Source: an uncultured virus (IMG/VR IMGVR_UViG_3300031760_000037) (Duplodnaviria > Heunggongvirae > Uroviricota > Caudoviricetes). Taken from it: 64,000 nt of DNA. Below, in pieces: positions 1-14,300 of this stretch. The position numbers and the translations under genes were made by a program. The notes under the pieces are model-generated. The model ran no database searches, was not told where the DNA came from, and saw only the letters and a program-made list of their open reading frames with translations. The stretch's first letter is position 1. Every line of letters begins with the position of its first letter. The stretch is from IMG/VR virus record IMGVR_UViG_3300031760_000037, one strand, 5' to 3'.

Positions 1-1
1 A

Positions 2-3000
2 GAATATATTAATCAACAACAAACTATTGCTAATGAAACTAATAATTGAGAATGGACTAATCAACAAATTGTTGACATATTTTGAACAACAGAAAATTTT
101 GATGCTTATCAAAAAGGTGAGAACTTCTCATTCTGAGATAACTTTATTAACAATCTAAGAGCTGCTAATAAAACAAAGTTCGATATAATGAAACAAAGAG
201 CTGCTGCATTAGTAGTCACTTCACAAAGTATAAAATGAAATAATCTACAAGAAGTATTTGACAAGTTAGCGCCAAAGGTTGACATTAATTGAACAACTGT
301 AAGAACTCCATTATCAAAAGCTCAGATATCAGAACTTGAAGCTACATATAATGCTATAGAACCAGGAACTCCTGCAGCACAACAATATATAATGCAACAA
401 ATGATCTCTGGATTTAATGTCCAATTGAATACTATTGCTGATGTCTTATGAATCTGAGAATGAAGTGAACTTCGGGATTCAAAGAAATGAGATTTCAAAA
501 AGACAATTAAAAGAGAAAACTGAGAACGTATCTCAGCAAGAGATTATATTATAGAAAGAATAAATGCTGAAGATAACTGATTAACTCAAGAGCAGAGAGC
601 GTTTATTGCTAATATGCTTTTTAGAACAAGCTCATTATGAATTAACTCATATTTCACAGATAGTTGAGCTTTATCAAGATTGTGAAAAGATTTTTTCAAT
701 AGTGTACTTCCAGCTTTAGAAGATAGTAAAGCTGCAGAAAATCGATTGTCATTTATAATGACTGATCAAGTATCTAAGATTTCAAAAATGCAAAAATCTA
801 AAGCTGATGCTTTAGAAGAAAGATGAGAAGAAACTCATAAGATTGATAATTGAAATGTTATTCAAAAAACTGCTGAAGAAATCTTAAAAGATAACTGAGA
901 TACAAGAGAAAACTGAGTATCTGGTAAAACTGAAGATGTTGAACAATTAACAGAAAATGCTAACTATGTAAAAGCTCATTTGCCAAGAATGGAAAGAAAA
1001 TGAAGCTTTGTTAATATTCCATTAAACAAAGATGCTGATCTTTGAGATTTATGAGCAATGAATGAATGAATAAAGATTAATTGAATTGATATCTGGAAAG
1101 ATGAAAATACTGATGCCAATATTAATAGTGATTCAGCAAAAGCAAGTTATCAAAGAATAAGATTCACATATAAAGATAAAACAACAAAAGAATATTATGC
1201 TGTTCCTCAATTAAACTATGCTATTAGAAATCAGGCTGAAGATGAACAAGCTGATGATTGGTTTAATTCATTCGTATTACTAAGTGCTGATCCAGAAGAT
1301 TGAGAAAGAATAACTAAAAGATCTAGCGTTATCTTTAGATGACCAGATGAAACATTCTCTAATAGTAAGAATGTAATATTCGATGTTTTAGATAAAGATT
1401 GAAATCCTGTAAAAGGTAATAGAGTAATTAACTTTACTCATAACCCTGAATCTGGATGGAGACTTGCTACTACTATTCAATTGAATAGACTTTCAAAAGA
1501 AAATAGGAATAGTGCTTATTCTAAATGACATGTGTTTGTTAACCAAAAACATAATGAAGAAATTAATTGAAAGAAAAAGAATTATTGGAGAACTGTTGAA
1601 TTGCCAAATGGTAAAGTAGTAGATTATGATACAAGAGAGATATATACAATAAGTGATATGATCATGGATGATAATGCTACTGGTATTACTATCTGATGAA
1701 CAACTTATGGTATCTGAAATAAGTTATTTGAAAGAGAACATCTTCGTACTCAGAATACAACAGATGAAATAACAGAAACAACTCCAGAAGATATTCAAGA
1801 AAAAAATGAAACTCTTATTAGATGGGAATGAGGTTTCACTCCTAGAACTAAAGCATGAAAGGATGCTATTAAAAAACAAAAAGAAATAGATAAGAAAACT
1901 GAAGAAATCCATGAAAAATGAGTTGAAGAAGCATTGTCAGATACTGATGATCCAACTGTATCAGAAGAAGAAAGTATCAATAATTATAACAAGTCTATCG
2001 ATCCAAGAGTTTATGAAAAGGCTAAAACAAAAATACAATTAATCGCAACAGAAAGCGATTGATTCAAAGTCTGAGATTATATTGATTTAAATCTATTGTC
2101 TCAACTTGATGGACGTATTGTAGATGATTGAAGTGCAGAAAGTGAGAATTATAAGACTCTTGTAAAGAAATGTATCATCTCTGACTTTAAAGATATCTCT
2201 GATAAAGATGCTTATGATTTAATCAATAAGTTATACTTTATTCAAAACAATTTTGATTACTTAATACAACAATGATATGATGAATATCTTGGTGTTTATT
2301 TTGCTATTGATGATCTTATCTTTGTACTAAATCAATGATTATGAGATAAGGTAAGAAAGATTATAGTAAGCGATGAACATGCATTAAAAGAATTTAATTG
2401 AAAATCTGTTGATGACTTCGTTGATAATGTAATGCCTGATTGATATTCTCCAGTTGAAATATGAATATCAGCTGACAAATATTGACATATAATATGAATA
2501 AATATTGGTAATAATGCGACTTCTTTATCTAGGAAATGAACTGTATTATTTACACACTCACATCCTAATTCATCATTCTTCTCATTGAGTGATATACAAT
2601 GAGCATATAACCAATGACTAGAACAAATATGATTAATATTGCCAGGATGAGTTCATCTTGAATATGTTATCGATGACTATTTTGAAACGGTAACTCATGA
2701 TAATAATGGTAATATTATTTCTCCATGGATGCATGAGTCGCTTGATTCAACTATAATGCAAGCTATGGATTTGGCTGCAAATAGTTGAGTATTCGATACT
2801 CAAAAATGGTGAGACTTCGATGCATTAGCAAAAGATTATATCTTAGCTTTTAATGATAAATGATATCTCACTGATTCAGAAAAAGACGCATTTAGAATGC
2901 AAGCAAAAGCTATCGCATATAATGTCTTCAATAAAATCTGAAAACAATTAAAACAAGAAGCTATTGATAGTTGAGATATTAATAAATATTACTTCTTTAA

Positions 3001-6000
3001 TAAATCTTGATTTAGTAGAGAGTCTCAAGCTTTAGCTTCAACAACTGCTAATCCATTATTAGCTGATTCATTATCACAATTAACTGATAGTGAAAAACAA
3101 ACTACTGAAAGATATCTTGATCAAAAATATGAAGTTATAGAATGTAGATCAGACGATGATTTCAAAAATCTTAGAAAGACTGCTAAAGCAAATGATTGAA
3201 TTTATACTTTAAGATGATGAGTAAATCATTTCGGAAACCCTTGGTCTTTCGAATGAAATGTGTGAACTATAAAAGCTAACTCAGCAGAAGAAGCTGTAAA
3301 TAATTATTTTGCTTGGTTAACTGGTAGGGATTTTCAAAAAGTTGAACCTAATAGAAGACAATGGATTGTTAATCAAATCCTTAGTTGAGAATTAAAATGA
3401 AAAAAAATTTATTATTATACAAAAAAAGTAACTAAAGGATGGAATTGATGAGTTTACTCTGTTGATTGAAAATACTGAAACACTGAAGAATACTCATATA
3501 AAGAAGATTATAATGAGCTATGAAATCGTGCATATAATCATGCTATGGTTTTGTGAATGCTTATTAATATGCCACAGTATATTCAACATGCTAATAGATT
3601 ACATACAGTTCCAGAAGTAGAAAAGACTTTAAAATCTCCAATATTAAAAAAACTTTTTAAACAAGATTTAATTGCTTTAGGAAATTCAAATAAAATTATT
3701 TGATACCAATCATCAAAATTATTTACTCCATTACTATTCAAATATAAAGAATGGAATAAACAAAATTCAAATGTTTATGACTACAAGAATAGTGACGTTG
3801 TATTTGTAAATATTCCTCACTATACAAAAATTAATAGTAGCGTATCTGATGAAGAATATCAAAGATCTGTAAGAGATTGTATTAATGCAACATTAGCTAA
3901 GGTAAAATTAGCTATTAATGCCTGAGCTCAATTTACAACATGAATGCAAGCTTCAGCAAATGAAAAAGAATTATATCGATTATTAAAAGATAATTGATAT
4001 GCTGCATACAATATGAACAATAGATATATCTTGTGGAAAAAAGTATGAACAGAAACTAATAAAGTAAATAATCCTTCACTATCTTTACAACAAGAAGTTG
4101 AAGCAATCCTAAGTAATGATGAAAAAAAGATTGTGGATCAGATTGAAGAAGAATGATTGCCAGATCCAAATACAAATAATATTGAAGAAAAGAACGCTGA
4201 AATAGTTGATGAATTCTCTCCATTATTAGAGAATGTTCAAAAGTCAACAATTGTTAGTGATATGAATGATTTGTGACTATCATTAGAATTGTTAGATAGT
4301 GAAACGATATGAACTATAATGCTTGCATACGTAAATTGAAAATGACTTGAAGATGTTATTATGTATTTAGCTTCAAAGGTAAGAAGTTCTAAATTAGATA
4401 ACTATATCAAAAATATTTTATGCAGGAACTGAGTATTAAATAGCAATGTTGAATATGACTGAGATACTGTTGATATGGCAATATCAAAGCAAGCTGCTAT
4501 GACATACATAAAAAAGAGACAATACTATATGGCAAATGGTAAGCCTATGAGTAATCTCTCTCCTGAAGAAATTAGAAAACTATCAAACGCTTTATTTAAT
4601 TCAAAAGTTCTATCAGAATTTACAGATAGAGATTTCAAAATACAATTCGTTAAAGCTTATGTTGATCAACAATTCTTATTCAAATCAGAAAAAACATTAT
4701 TGGATGATTTCATAAAATGACAAGAATATAAATTAAAACTTGCTGTTAACAATTATAAAGCACAAGCAAAGGCATGACAATTAATGGATACTTCTGAAGC
4801 TATTGCAGCTGCTATCAATGCTTCTGATTGAATATATAGTAAGCATGATCGAATAGTAGAATCATTAACTCAATACTTTATTGAAGATGTATTCAAAAGA
4901 AATTATAAAACTGCTGACGAAGATTTCATTAATAAAATAAAATCTGCAGTAGAAAAACAATTAGATGAAGATAGAGTTGTTGTGCTAGAACAACCAGTTG
5001 GTATTGATGATGCTAATAAAGGATTTGAGTTCATCACAGAAATTGCATGACTTCCAGATTCAGTAAGATTCTTAATGGCAGATAATATGTATAAGAATAA
5101 TGTAATCTGAAAATGAGTATATAATTATTTGAGGAAAATAGATCCTACTGTTACTGTATTAAACGGAGATAATGATATCTGATTATTATGAGCAGTTATT
5201 GTAAAACAATTTGATGCTGCTATGTGAGATTCTATTAATACAGTAACTGCAACTCCTTGAGAAAAAATAGCATTATTCTTAGATATCTATAGATATTATG
5301 CTACATGATGACATTCATATGAATGACTTATAAATGCATTAGAGCAGAAATATCAAAATAATTCTTCTATGATTCCAGTACTTCAGGAATTAAAATTAGA
5401 TATGGAATATTCTAAGAATGGAATATTCTCTCAAGATTTAATTGACGAAATCAATAAAGCTCCAGAAGCTACAGAAAATGCAGAGGATAATCCATATAAT
5501 GTATTTATCAGAAAAATCGAACCAGCAGGTGCTAACATAGAAGATACAATAATAAGTGCATTAAAAAAGCAATACTATGCAAACACTTCTGCATTCAATG
5601 TTATTATGAAATACGCTCCAAGGAATATTAAGAATAATATTTCTGAATGGATGGTAAATACAAATGATAAAGAACATTGAAGCAATATTGCTTTATGAAT
5701 GGTGATGTCATTTTTATCTGCTGCTAACAATAAAGAAATATTAACTAAAATCGCTATGGATTTAGCTAATCAAGAATCTACAGAATGAGTTCCTGAACAA
5801 GTAAATGCATTAGCTAGAGAAATTATTCAAGATTGGAATGATGATACAATCATGTGATTGCCTGCTATAACAGAGCAATTACACAGAGCAACGTGAATAA
5901 ATAATCTTGATCTTTCAAAATGAACAGTGCTTTATGTTTGAGATAAATGATGAGAATATAAACCTGCAAGTTGGGATACATTAGATTGAAAGCAGACATT

Positions 6001-9000
6001 CCCTTTAAAGGCTATTGCAAGCTTAGATGACTTAAATGCTAATGTAAATATTATTGTTCCAGAATGAATAAGTGTCCCTACAAAATTTAGGCAGGATCAT
6101 AATATTGTTAGAGTAAGAGCTGGAATAAAAGATTCAATGCTAGTACGAAGTCCAGAATCTAGTTATAAACACGATCTCGATGCTGTATGAAATACTATTT
6201 CATGACTATGAAAAGTATGACATGATGTATCTATACAGGAATGATTTACTTTCACAAATGATGAAATCTCAAAACTAAAACAAAAGAAGTTGACTAAAAA
6301 CTTCTATTGGAGAATTTATAATGAGATTTTAGTTCCTTCATTTCCATCATGAGCTAAAGAATTATCTCAAAGAGATTTCAATGCTATGATTAATTCAGAA
6401 TCAATGCAAGCTACAAAGCTTAGATTAATTCAAGCTGCCATAGCTTCTAAGAGTATGGATGATAAAATCAATGCTGCTACAATCTTAATTAATCAAGTAA
6501 CGAATTGAAAATTGGCATTACAAACTGATATCGAATGAACAACTAAAAGCATTAATATGGAATGAGCTGCTCAACAGTTTGAAGAAATGATAAACAAGTT
6601 GCTCGATCCAAAAGATGAAAATTATAATATGCAAAAAAAGATGCTATGGAATTTCTTTGCTGCATATTATTCATCATTAATGTCAATGTCTCATCCAACA
6701 GAATCTCCAATTTGAAGCTGAGTTGGTATTGATGCGTTCTATGATTTGAGCGTTAACTATCAAGCTGCTATGTGATTATTAAAGCAGCTTTGGGAAGATA
6801 AATGATATCCTACTTCTAAATACGCATATCTAAGATGAGAAAATGCTTTAGAAAGAAAAGATGAGAAAATCACAGATACTATCTGAGAAGTTATGACTCA
6901 AGCAGAAATTGATAATGAGTTCTGAGAATATCTATCTGAAGCATTATGAGATTATGTTAATGACTATGATTCAACTGTAGATGCTGAGTATGAAGAAGCT
7001 CAAGATACTTGATACGATCAAATTGAACACTTCGAAGTAGAAGATGAGAACTTTGAAGATAAAGATGCTATCGTATTCGCAACATTATTTAATGATACTA
7101 TCGTTGATAATCTCTATGATGTTGAAGATTATAATATCCATTATGATGAAGATGGTTCAAATAAGTTTATCTCAAAGAATCTATTATGATTAATAAGAAA
7201 TGAGACATGAGAAATCGTATCTTCTGAATCAGTTCTTGATATGGAAAATGCTAGTAAAAAAGAAGATGCTGTTATAACTATTTGAGACATGCTTGCATTG
7301 CAAACAATAATATCATGTAATGAATGATCTCCAGAAGAATTGGAAACATTCTTAGACCAGATATTCCAAGTTGCAGATTGAACTCCTGATACTGCTCCAG
7401 TAAAAGCGTTGTTTGAAAAAGCAAAGAGTGAGATTATGAGAGATACAAATAATACAGCTAATGTATTAAAGAAATTAATATCAAATGATTTGCTAAAATT
7501 CGATGTAATCTCAACAACTATGACAACAACTCAGAAGTTTAACAAATCTAAAACTAAAGCATTTAAAAGAAGATTAGTTGATACTATATTCAAATATAAT
7601 ACTAAACCAGTATCTCAAGCACAACTTGATGAAATCAAAAAAGAATTCGCTGAGTTCTTTACTGATAAGCAATGAAACAAACTTCCAAGCATATCTGACG
7701 ATCAAGTAAAAGCTGCTAATGAAATTAGAAATATGTGGAATGATAGAGAATGAGAAAATAAAAGAACTCTATATGTTCCATGACTTGCTTGAGTTTGAAA
7801 AACTACTACATTATGAGCTGCATTAAAAGCTATTCAAAAGCAAGAATGAGCTTATTGAGATGATGCTTCTAGAATAGAAGCTTGAACTCAAACTGCGATA
7901 ACTGATAACTTCTCTAATGAAGATGCAAGAATCTTAGATGAATTTAAAAAGAATCCAGATAAAGATTATTATGTAAAAGTTCATAATAAATGAAAAGATA
8001 TTCGGGTTAGATTTAAATGAATGGATATTATTACTCATGATCAATTAGAAGATTATACTGAAGATTGAGTAGTAAATGAATTCTGAGAATCATTATGATG
8101 AGTATGGCCTAAAGATTGAATATTGAGATTACTTGAAATCTGAGAATGAAATAAAAGATTTAGTCCTGATTGAAAATACAATAGATCAAAGACAAGATAT
8201 CTTATTAAAAATATTAGCACAGTAGATGAAAACTGAAATCAAATAACAGAAGAATCTGCTAAAGCTGCTATGTGAAATAATAAGATAATTGAAGTTCGTT
8301 GACTTGGAAATAATATTCCTAGAAGGCCAGAGCAAAAATGACCTGATAAAATAGAATGAACTTCAAGATTAAAGAATATCTATATCTTAACAAAGACTCA
8401 TTCAACAGTACAATCTATCAATGATGTTATGTGAGATAACTGATTAGTATGAGTTAACAGTGCTACTATGGATAGTAGGCTAACAACAAAATCGTCATCT
8501 TGATTCTGATTGTATTGATACTGAGCATCAAGTGAAATTCGTCAAGATAAAGAATTAGAGAATTGTCTTATCATTATAGATGAATCTCAGAATACTGATG
8601 ATCCTACAATACAAGCTATCATTAATTGATACTCTGATAAAAACCAAATGGTATTCTTATGAGATCCTCATCAGATATCTCAAGGTTCAACTTTCGCAAG
8701 TAAAGTTGCTAGTGCCGATGAAGAAGTATTGCCATTGGATTCATTATTCAGATGAACTCCAGATATTCAATCTGTTAACAAATTAAATGCTTTATGACAG
8801 AATGATATTATTGAATCTTGATATGTTGCTATAATCCCTGAAGATTCAAATGATTTCAAAGCATACGATAATCTTGAAGATGTCTTCGATTTGAAATGAA
8901 CTACAATGTATTCTGTTCAAACAAATGAAAGAGCTGAACAAGTTAATAGAGAATACTTTGAGTGGGCTACATGAAATAAAGGATGACAAGTTACTAAGAT

Positions 9001-11359
9001 AATATCATGATGACAAACATGAGCTGATAAAGCATGATTACAAATAGCAAAAACTTTATGAATAGCTACATGATGAACGGCTCCTAAATGATGGAAAACA
9101 GAAAATTGAGCAGATGAATCATTACAAGAATTCTGATTATCAGAAAGTGAAACTGATAATTATATGGAAAGAACAAAAAAGAATGTTGATGATTCAGATT
9201 GAACAATAATTCTTGCAAAGGATATAAATTCTTCATGAACAAAAAATACTATCGATTATGCTAATTCAAAAAATAAACCTGTATTTATTATCCAACCAAC
9301 AACAAGTCCTGAAGAAATTAGATCTTGGTTAGTGTTAAATGATATAAAAACATTAAATGTTGCTGGTAATAGATGAAGCAAATTTAAGACTTGAGAAATA
9401 AAAGTATATTGAAAAATCTTAAAAGATGCTTTAGATACATGAATAAAGAGTAAAGGTAGTAAACCAATTCCAACAATGGTTATTGATTCTATAATGATCA
9501 ATCAAGAATGAAAACAAGTTCAAGATAAAGCAGTTATGAATAAACGTAATCATCAATGAATTAACTTATGAGATTATAATCCAGAAGTTATAGATGGAAA
9601 ACAAGTTTATAAAAAAGAATCTGATGATAGCGTAGAAGTGTTCGTTCCTGTATTAAAGGATACAAAAACTGAAACTGTAAAGCCTATAATGACAATATTG
9701 AAAAAGCAATATCCTAAAAAGAAAATTCAGATTACAGCAACTGCTTTCGCAGTTACAACAAAAAAGCAATCTTGAAAAACTGTTGATAATATCATCCTTG
9801 ATTGAGAAATAACAAGTCCAAAGAATGACTTCTATTGAGAATCAAATACTCGTCAGGCATATGACTCATTTACAAGATGAGATAAGAAAGTTTATTATCC
9901 TGCTGATTCTAAAAGAATATTGTTCGCTCCTATTGAACAGATAAAAGAATTAGTTGATAATAACAATCCTAATATTTCATTTACTGCTCCTTCTGAAGAA
10001 GTTGCCACAACAGAAAAAAGGATTAATATCCCAATCTTCTATGCTAATGATTGAGTCAAAGAAACAAGAGATAAACTAAATACGATTATTGAATTGCTCG
10101 GTGAAAATATGCCATTTGAAGAAGTAGAATATGTTCAATGATTAATAGATTCACTTGAATCATTATATGCTATAGAACAGTCTTATAATCTAGAACAACT
10201 TCAATTAGATCGTAAGAAATGAACAAGATGATATTGAGATAAAATGGCTGAATGAAATTGAACGTTATTAAAATGAATCCAAATAGAAATAGCTCAGTTC
10301 TTTGACAAATATAAAGGTTCAATGGAGATAGATGAAAGTAATGAAAAGGATTATGAGAGCTTAGCTTGATGGGTATATGGTAAAGAAGTTAATACTCCAA
10401 ACATTCCTTCATGATCATTCTTTACTTCAGTTAATGCATCACAATCTAAATATTCATTTGAACTATTATCTAAATCTAATAAGGCTTTGAAGGATTGAAG
10501 CAGATGAATGTTCTTTAATGTCAAGAAGACTATTAATGCTAAATGAAAAGAAGTATATACTGTTGTTCCAGCTGAAGTAACTTGGAATAAAGAATATAAG
10601 CCTTGAATATTGACTAGTTGAAAAGATCAAACAAAAGGTGAGAAAAAGTTTGATACTATCAGTAAACGTCTTAATGAATATTGACAAGCATTCACTGCTT
10701 ATCAACAAGCTCAATGAGAAGAGCAAACTAAAAATGCGTTATCACAATTAGTTAATATGATTAATACTGATTTAGCTGCTCATGTCCAAGAAGAAGATTT
10801 ATATACTCCACGTGAAGTATCTACATATAATTGACTTGATGTAGATCCAGAATGATTAAAGAAGTTCTGAATAGATAGAATTGATGATAGTGTAATATCA
10901 GATGCAATGACTTTAGCTTATAGGCAACCTCCAGTTCGTGATGCAGACTGACATATAATACCAGATTCTGATCAATATAATCTTGCACAAACATTACTTA
11001 ATAGATTTAGTTGAATAACTGATAGTGAATGAAATCCTATAACATTAAGTGATGTTGGTAAAATAATTAAAACTCGTGTTCTAAGAGGTGATGATGTAGT
11101 ACCAGGATCTGAACGTACAATTAATTCATATGAAGAACTTGTTCCAAATTCATTAATGACTAACTATAATTCTATAAAAGATAGATTAGCTCAATGAGAT
11201 ACATCAGATTATCTTAAAGAAGACCTCATTGCATTTATAAGAAATATCAATAGTATAGATATGAGAGAATGAATGACTGTTTGACAAAATGAACAAGATA
11301 ACATTTATATAAAAGATATGATGATATCTTGTGATGATGAGTTCTCATGTAAACTTTAA
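2..11359 (+). CDS. Giant polyvalent protein, probably virion-packaged (>3,785 aa, 5'-truncated): JAB-like, DUF4326-like, SF1B helicase with inserted SLOG domain
   Basis: Frame 2 is open with TGA=Gly to TAA at 11357-11359; track fragments 4475, 5369 and 7409 share this frame. Motifs: VEIG...THSHPNSSFFSLSD (2453-2593); HFGNPWS...AVNNYFAWL (from 3227); Walker A GLAGVGKT (7781-7804); IIIDESQ (8570); VFLGDPHQ (8651); KIISGGQTGAD...LNVAGNR (8996-9373); AFAVTTKKQSGKT (9743); AYDSFTRG (9857). Confidence 0.85.
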
Positions 11360-11377
11360 ATCGTATAATATAAAAGC

Positions 11378-14300
11378 ATGGCTACAAGATGTCAAGTAAA
11401 TAAAAAACAAGATGAGATTAATGAATCTATATTTTGAAAAATGTCAGACATAATTAAACTTTCTGAAGCATGAAGGATCGTTGAAGACTACCAGCGTATG
11501 CAAGACGCTGGTACCTTCATGCAACGTGCTTTTAATACAGAATGAATGAGGAATTTTTTAAATAAAAACAAACGGTATAATTGAATCTTAGTAAATCTTA
11601 CAAATAAATCCGCTGCTTCTAACAATCATGATTATGTAGTTAAAATGAAAGAAGCATTCTATTCTCGTATTCAAGAAGATGCTGCAACTAATTTATCATA
11701 TGATAATAGATGATTACATACATATGATGATTGGAAAACTTGATTAGAATTAAAACAAAATGAAATTAATTTCGTAGATGATCTTTATAATGCATTAAAT
11801 GATTACGTATGAGAATGGAATAACTGTGATAATAAAAATTTGGCTGCAGTAGTTAAGACTGCAATAAACGATGCTATCGTATCACAAGATTTATGAGATG
11901 AACGTAATCCTAATGAATGGAGTAGACTATGACAATTCATCGCATTAGCATCTCCATCATGACAATGATTAAATAATATCTTCTGATTACTTTGAATTCT
12001 TGATACCAGTACAAAAGAAGTAAAGGTAGAATATTCAGACTGAACTGCTGACAATGTGATACTTGCTGATTTGTATAGCAATGATGATGATAGAATGCAA
12101 AGAGCTGTCAGTTTATTATTTGATGTAAATACAAATGATCCAGCAAGATGAATAATCAATAATCCTGCAATATATAGACAATCAATAAAAACGCTTATGA
12201 AAGCTACTGAAGTTGATTGATTAAACAGATGATTAAAAACTTTATTAAAATTCGCAGCTATGTGAAAATTATCTTCATATACTGTTTGAGCTTTAATGTG
12301 AAGATTATCTGGATGTATGATGTGATTGACTTGTTTCTATACATGATATCTTAATATGATGTCATATAAGAAAAAGCATTCAAATAAAAAATTACATCAT
12401 GCATTAAAAACAATTTGATTAGGACAAGATTACTTTGACTTCAAAGAAGAGCCTATGTCTTGGATAACTAAAAGATATCAATATCTAAAGGATGCTATGT
12501 TAGCTAAAGATCCTAGAAAATGAAATGTAAACGATCCAACTCGTAGTCAATCTATAATGGCTAAGTTCACAAGAAATCAATTATCCAATTTATCATGGAT
12601 GCTAATGTGAGTAGCAAACATATTCTGAGATACAGTATTCAGATGAGGATATCAGCTAATAGCTATGGATATGGCTATGCAAAAACTTTGATGGGAAGAT
12701 ATTGAATCTCATTTATATACCGTTTGACCAGATGGTAAAATGGATATTAATACTGACGCTTTCTATTCATTAATGGAAGCTTATATAAAAAAGATTTGAG
12801 ATGTCACCTGATTTCCACAAATAGAGTGATGAGCGCAATCTTGACTATTCTTTGATATCTCTTGAAAATCTTGATGGTCAAGAAGTCGAAGAGTCTGAAT
12901 GAACGCTGCTTTAAGTATGTGGCGTTGGATGACTCAATGGTGAACAACTTATGTTAATAATACCTATAGAATATTAGCTTGATGAACAGTTAATATGATA
13001 TATGATTTTAATGAAGCTACATGATGAGAAAAGAAAGCAGATAAATTTAATAAAGCTTATGATTGACCAGGATGAAACTGGCTTATCAGAAAATATACTA
13101 GACAGATTGACACAGACTGAAAAGCTATGCCTTGGGAAGCTGCACAAGAATTGGTTTCAAAAGAAGAATATGCTAGAGAAGTTAACAGACTTCTAGCATG
13201 AATTAGAAATATGTATAGACTTTGAAATCTTGCCTGTCGTGATGAAGAAACTTGAGAACTAAGTTATAGTTGTGCTATAAAGAGTCTTGCTGAAGTTGCT
13301 TATCTTCCAGCGCAAGCTGCAAGAATTGCTCATCCAATTATAAGATGAGTTATAAATACAATCTCTGACTGTGTTGAAAACTTTTCATATTTCTGAGACC
13401 GTCCTGAGCTTCAAGTTAAAAATACAGAAATAATTGCAGAATCATTAATTACTAATGTCCTAAAACCTATATTCAGATCAATGTATCCTATAAAGGAAGC
13501 AGCTCTTGCAATAGATAGATGATTTAGTGATTATAATGAAAATAATTTCCTTGAAGATTTATATCAAGTAGCTATGCAATCTACTGATGCTATGCTTTAT
13601 TATACTACTGATGAATTGGCAAGCTATGTATATTCAGCTTGAGCTTATGGTCCAAAGAGCTATTTAAATCAAGATACTTCATTATTCTGATCTCCAAATA
13701 AACTTCGTGATGTCATGTGAAGGATTAATGAATTAAAATCTGTTGAAAGAGTATCTCGTGATTGAGTTATAAGATGAACATGGGAAAGATTGAAAGACTT
13801 ATTTCCAACTATTAGATTGTTTGCTAACTTAGATAATATTATAAATTGAAAATATGATACTACTGAGTTTTATGCAGCAGATAAAGCAGATAAATTCTTA
13901 CAAACATATAATTCTGATGAAGGTATCAGAGCATTAGAGAATTGAACATTCACTGATGAAATGAAATTCAATTATGATTATATGCAATATGTTTGGGAAA
14001 ATCTAACTTCTGATTGGCAATCATATTGAGCCGAATTTAAAAATGGAGTTAGAGACAATAAGTATAATACTTCAGAAATTCAATACTTTGAAACTTTATT
14101 AAAGAATGATTTAGCTGACGCTAGAAAATATAATAATCAAGCCTCAGATTTAGAAATCTATGATATAGCTTTAAAAAAATTCTTTAAGTGAAATCCAACA
14201 TATGAACAAATAAAACAAGCTATTCAATTGTATGACGATGCTTGAGAACATTGAATGTGAGTTTATACTGATTATCTTGCCTCTGCTCATTGGCTACAAG

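Noticed and set aside
8990..9440. Molybdenum cofactor metabolism (auxiliary metabolic gene)
   Set aside because: The family name is historical; it is a SLOG domain embedded in a helicase.
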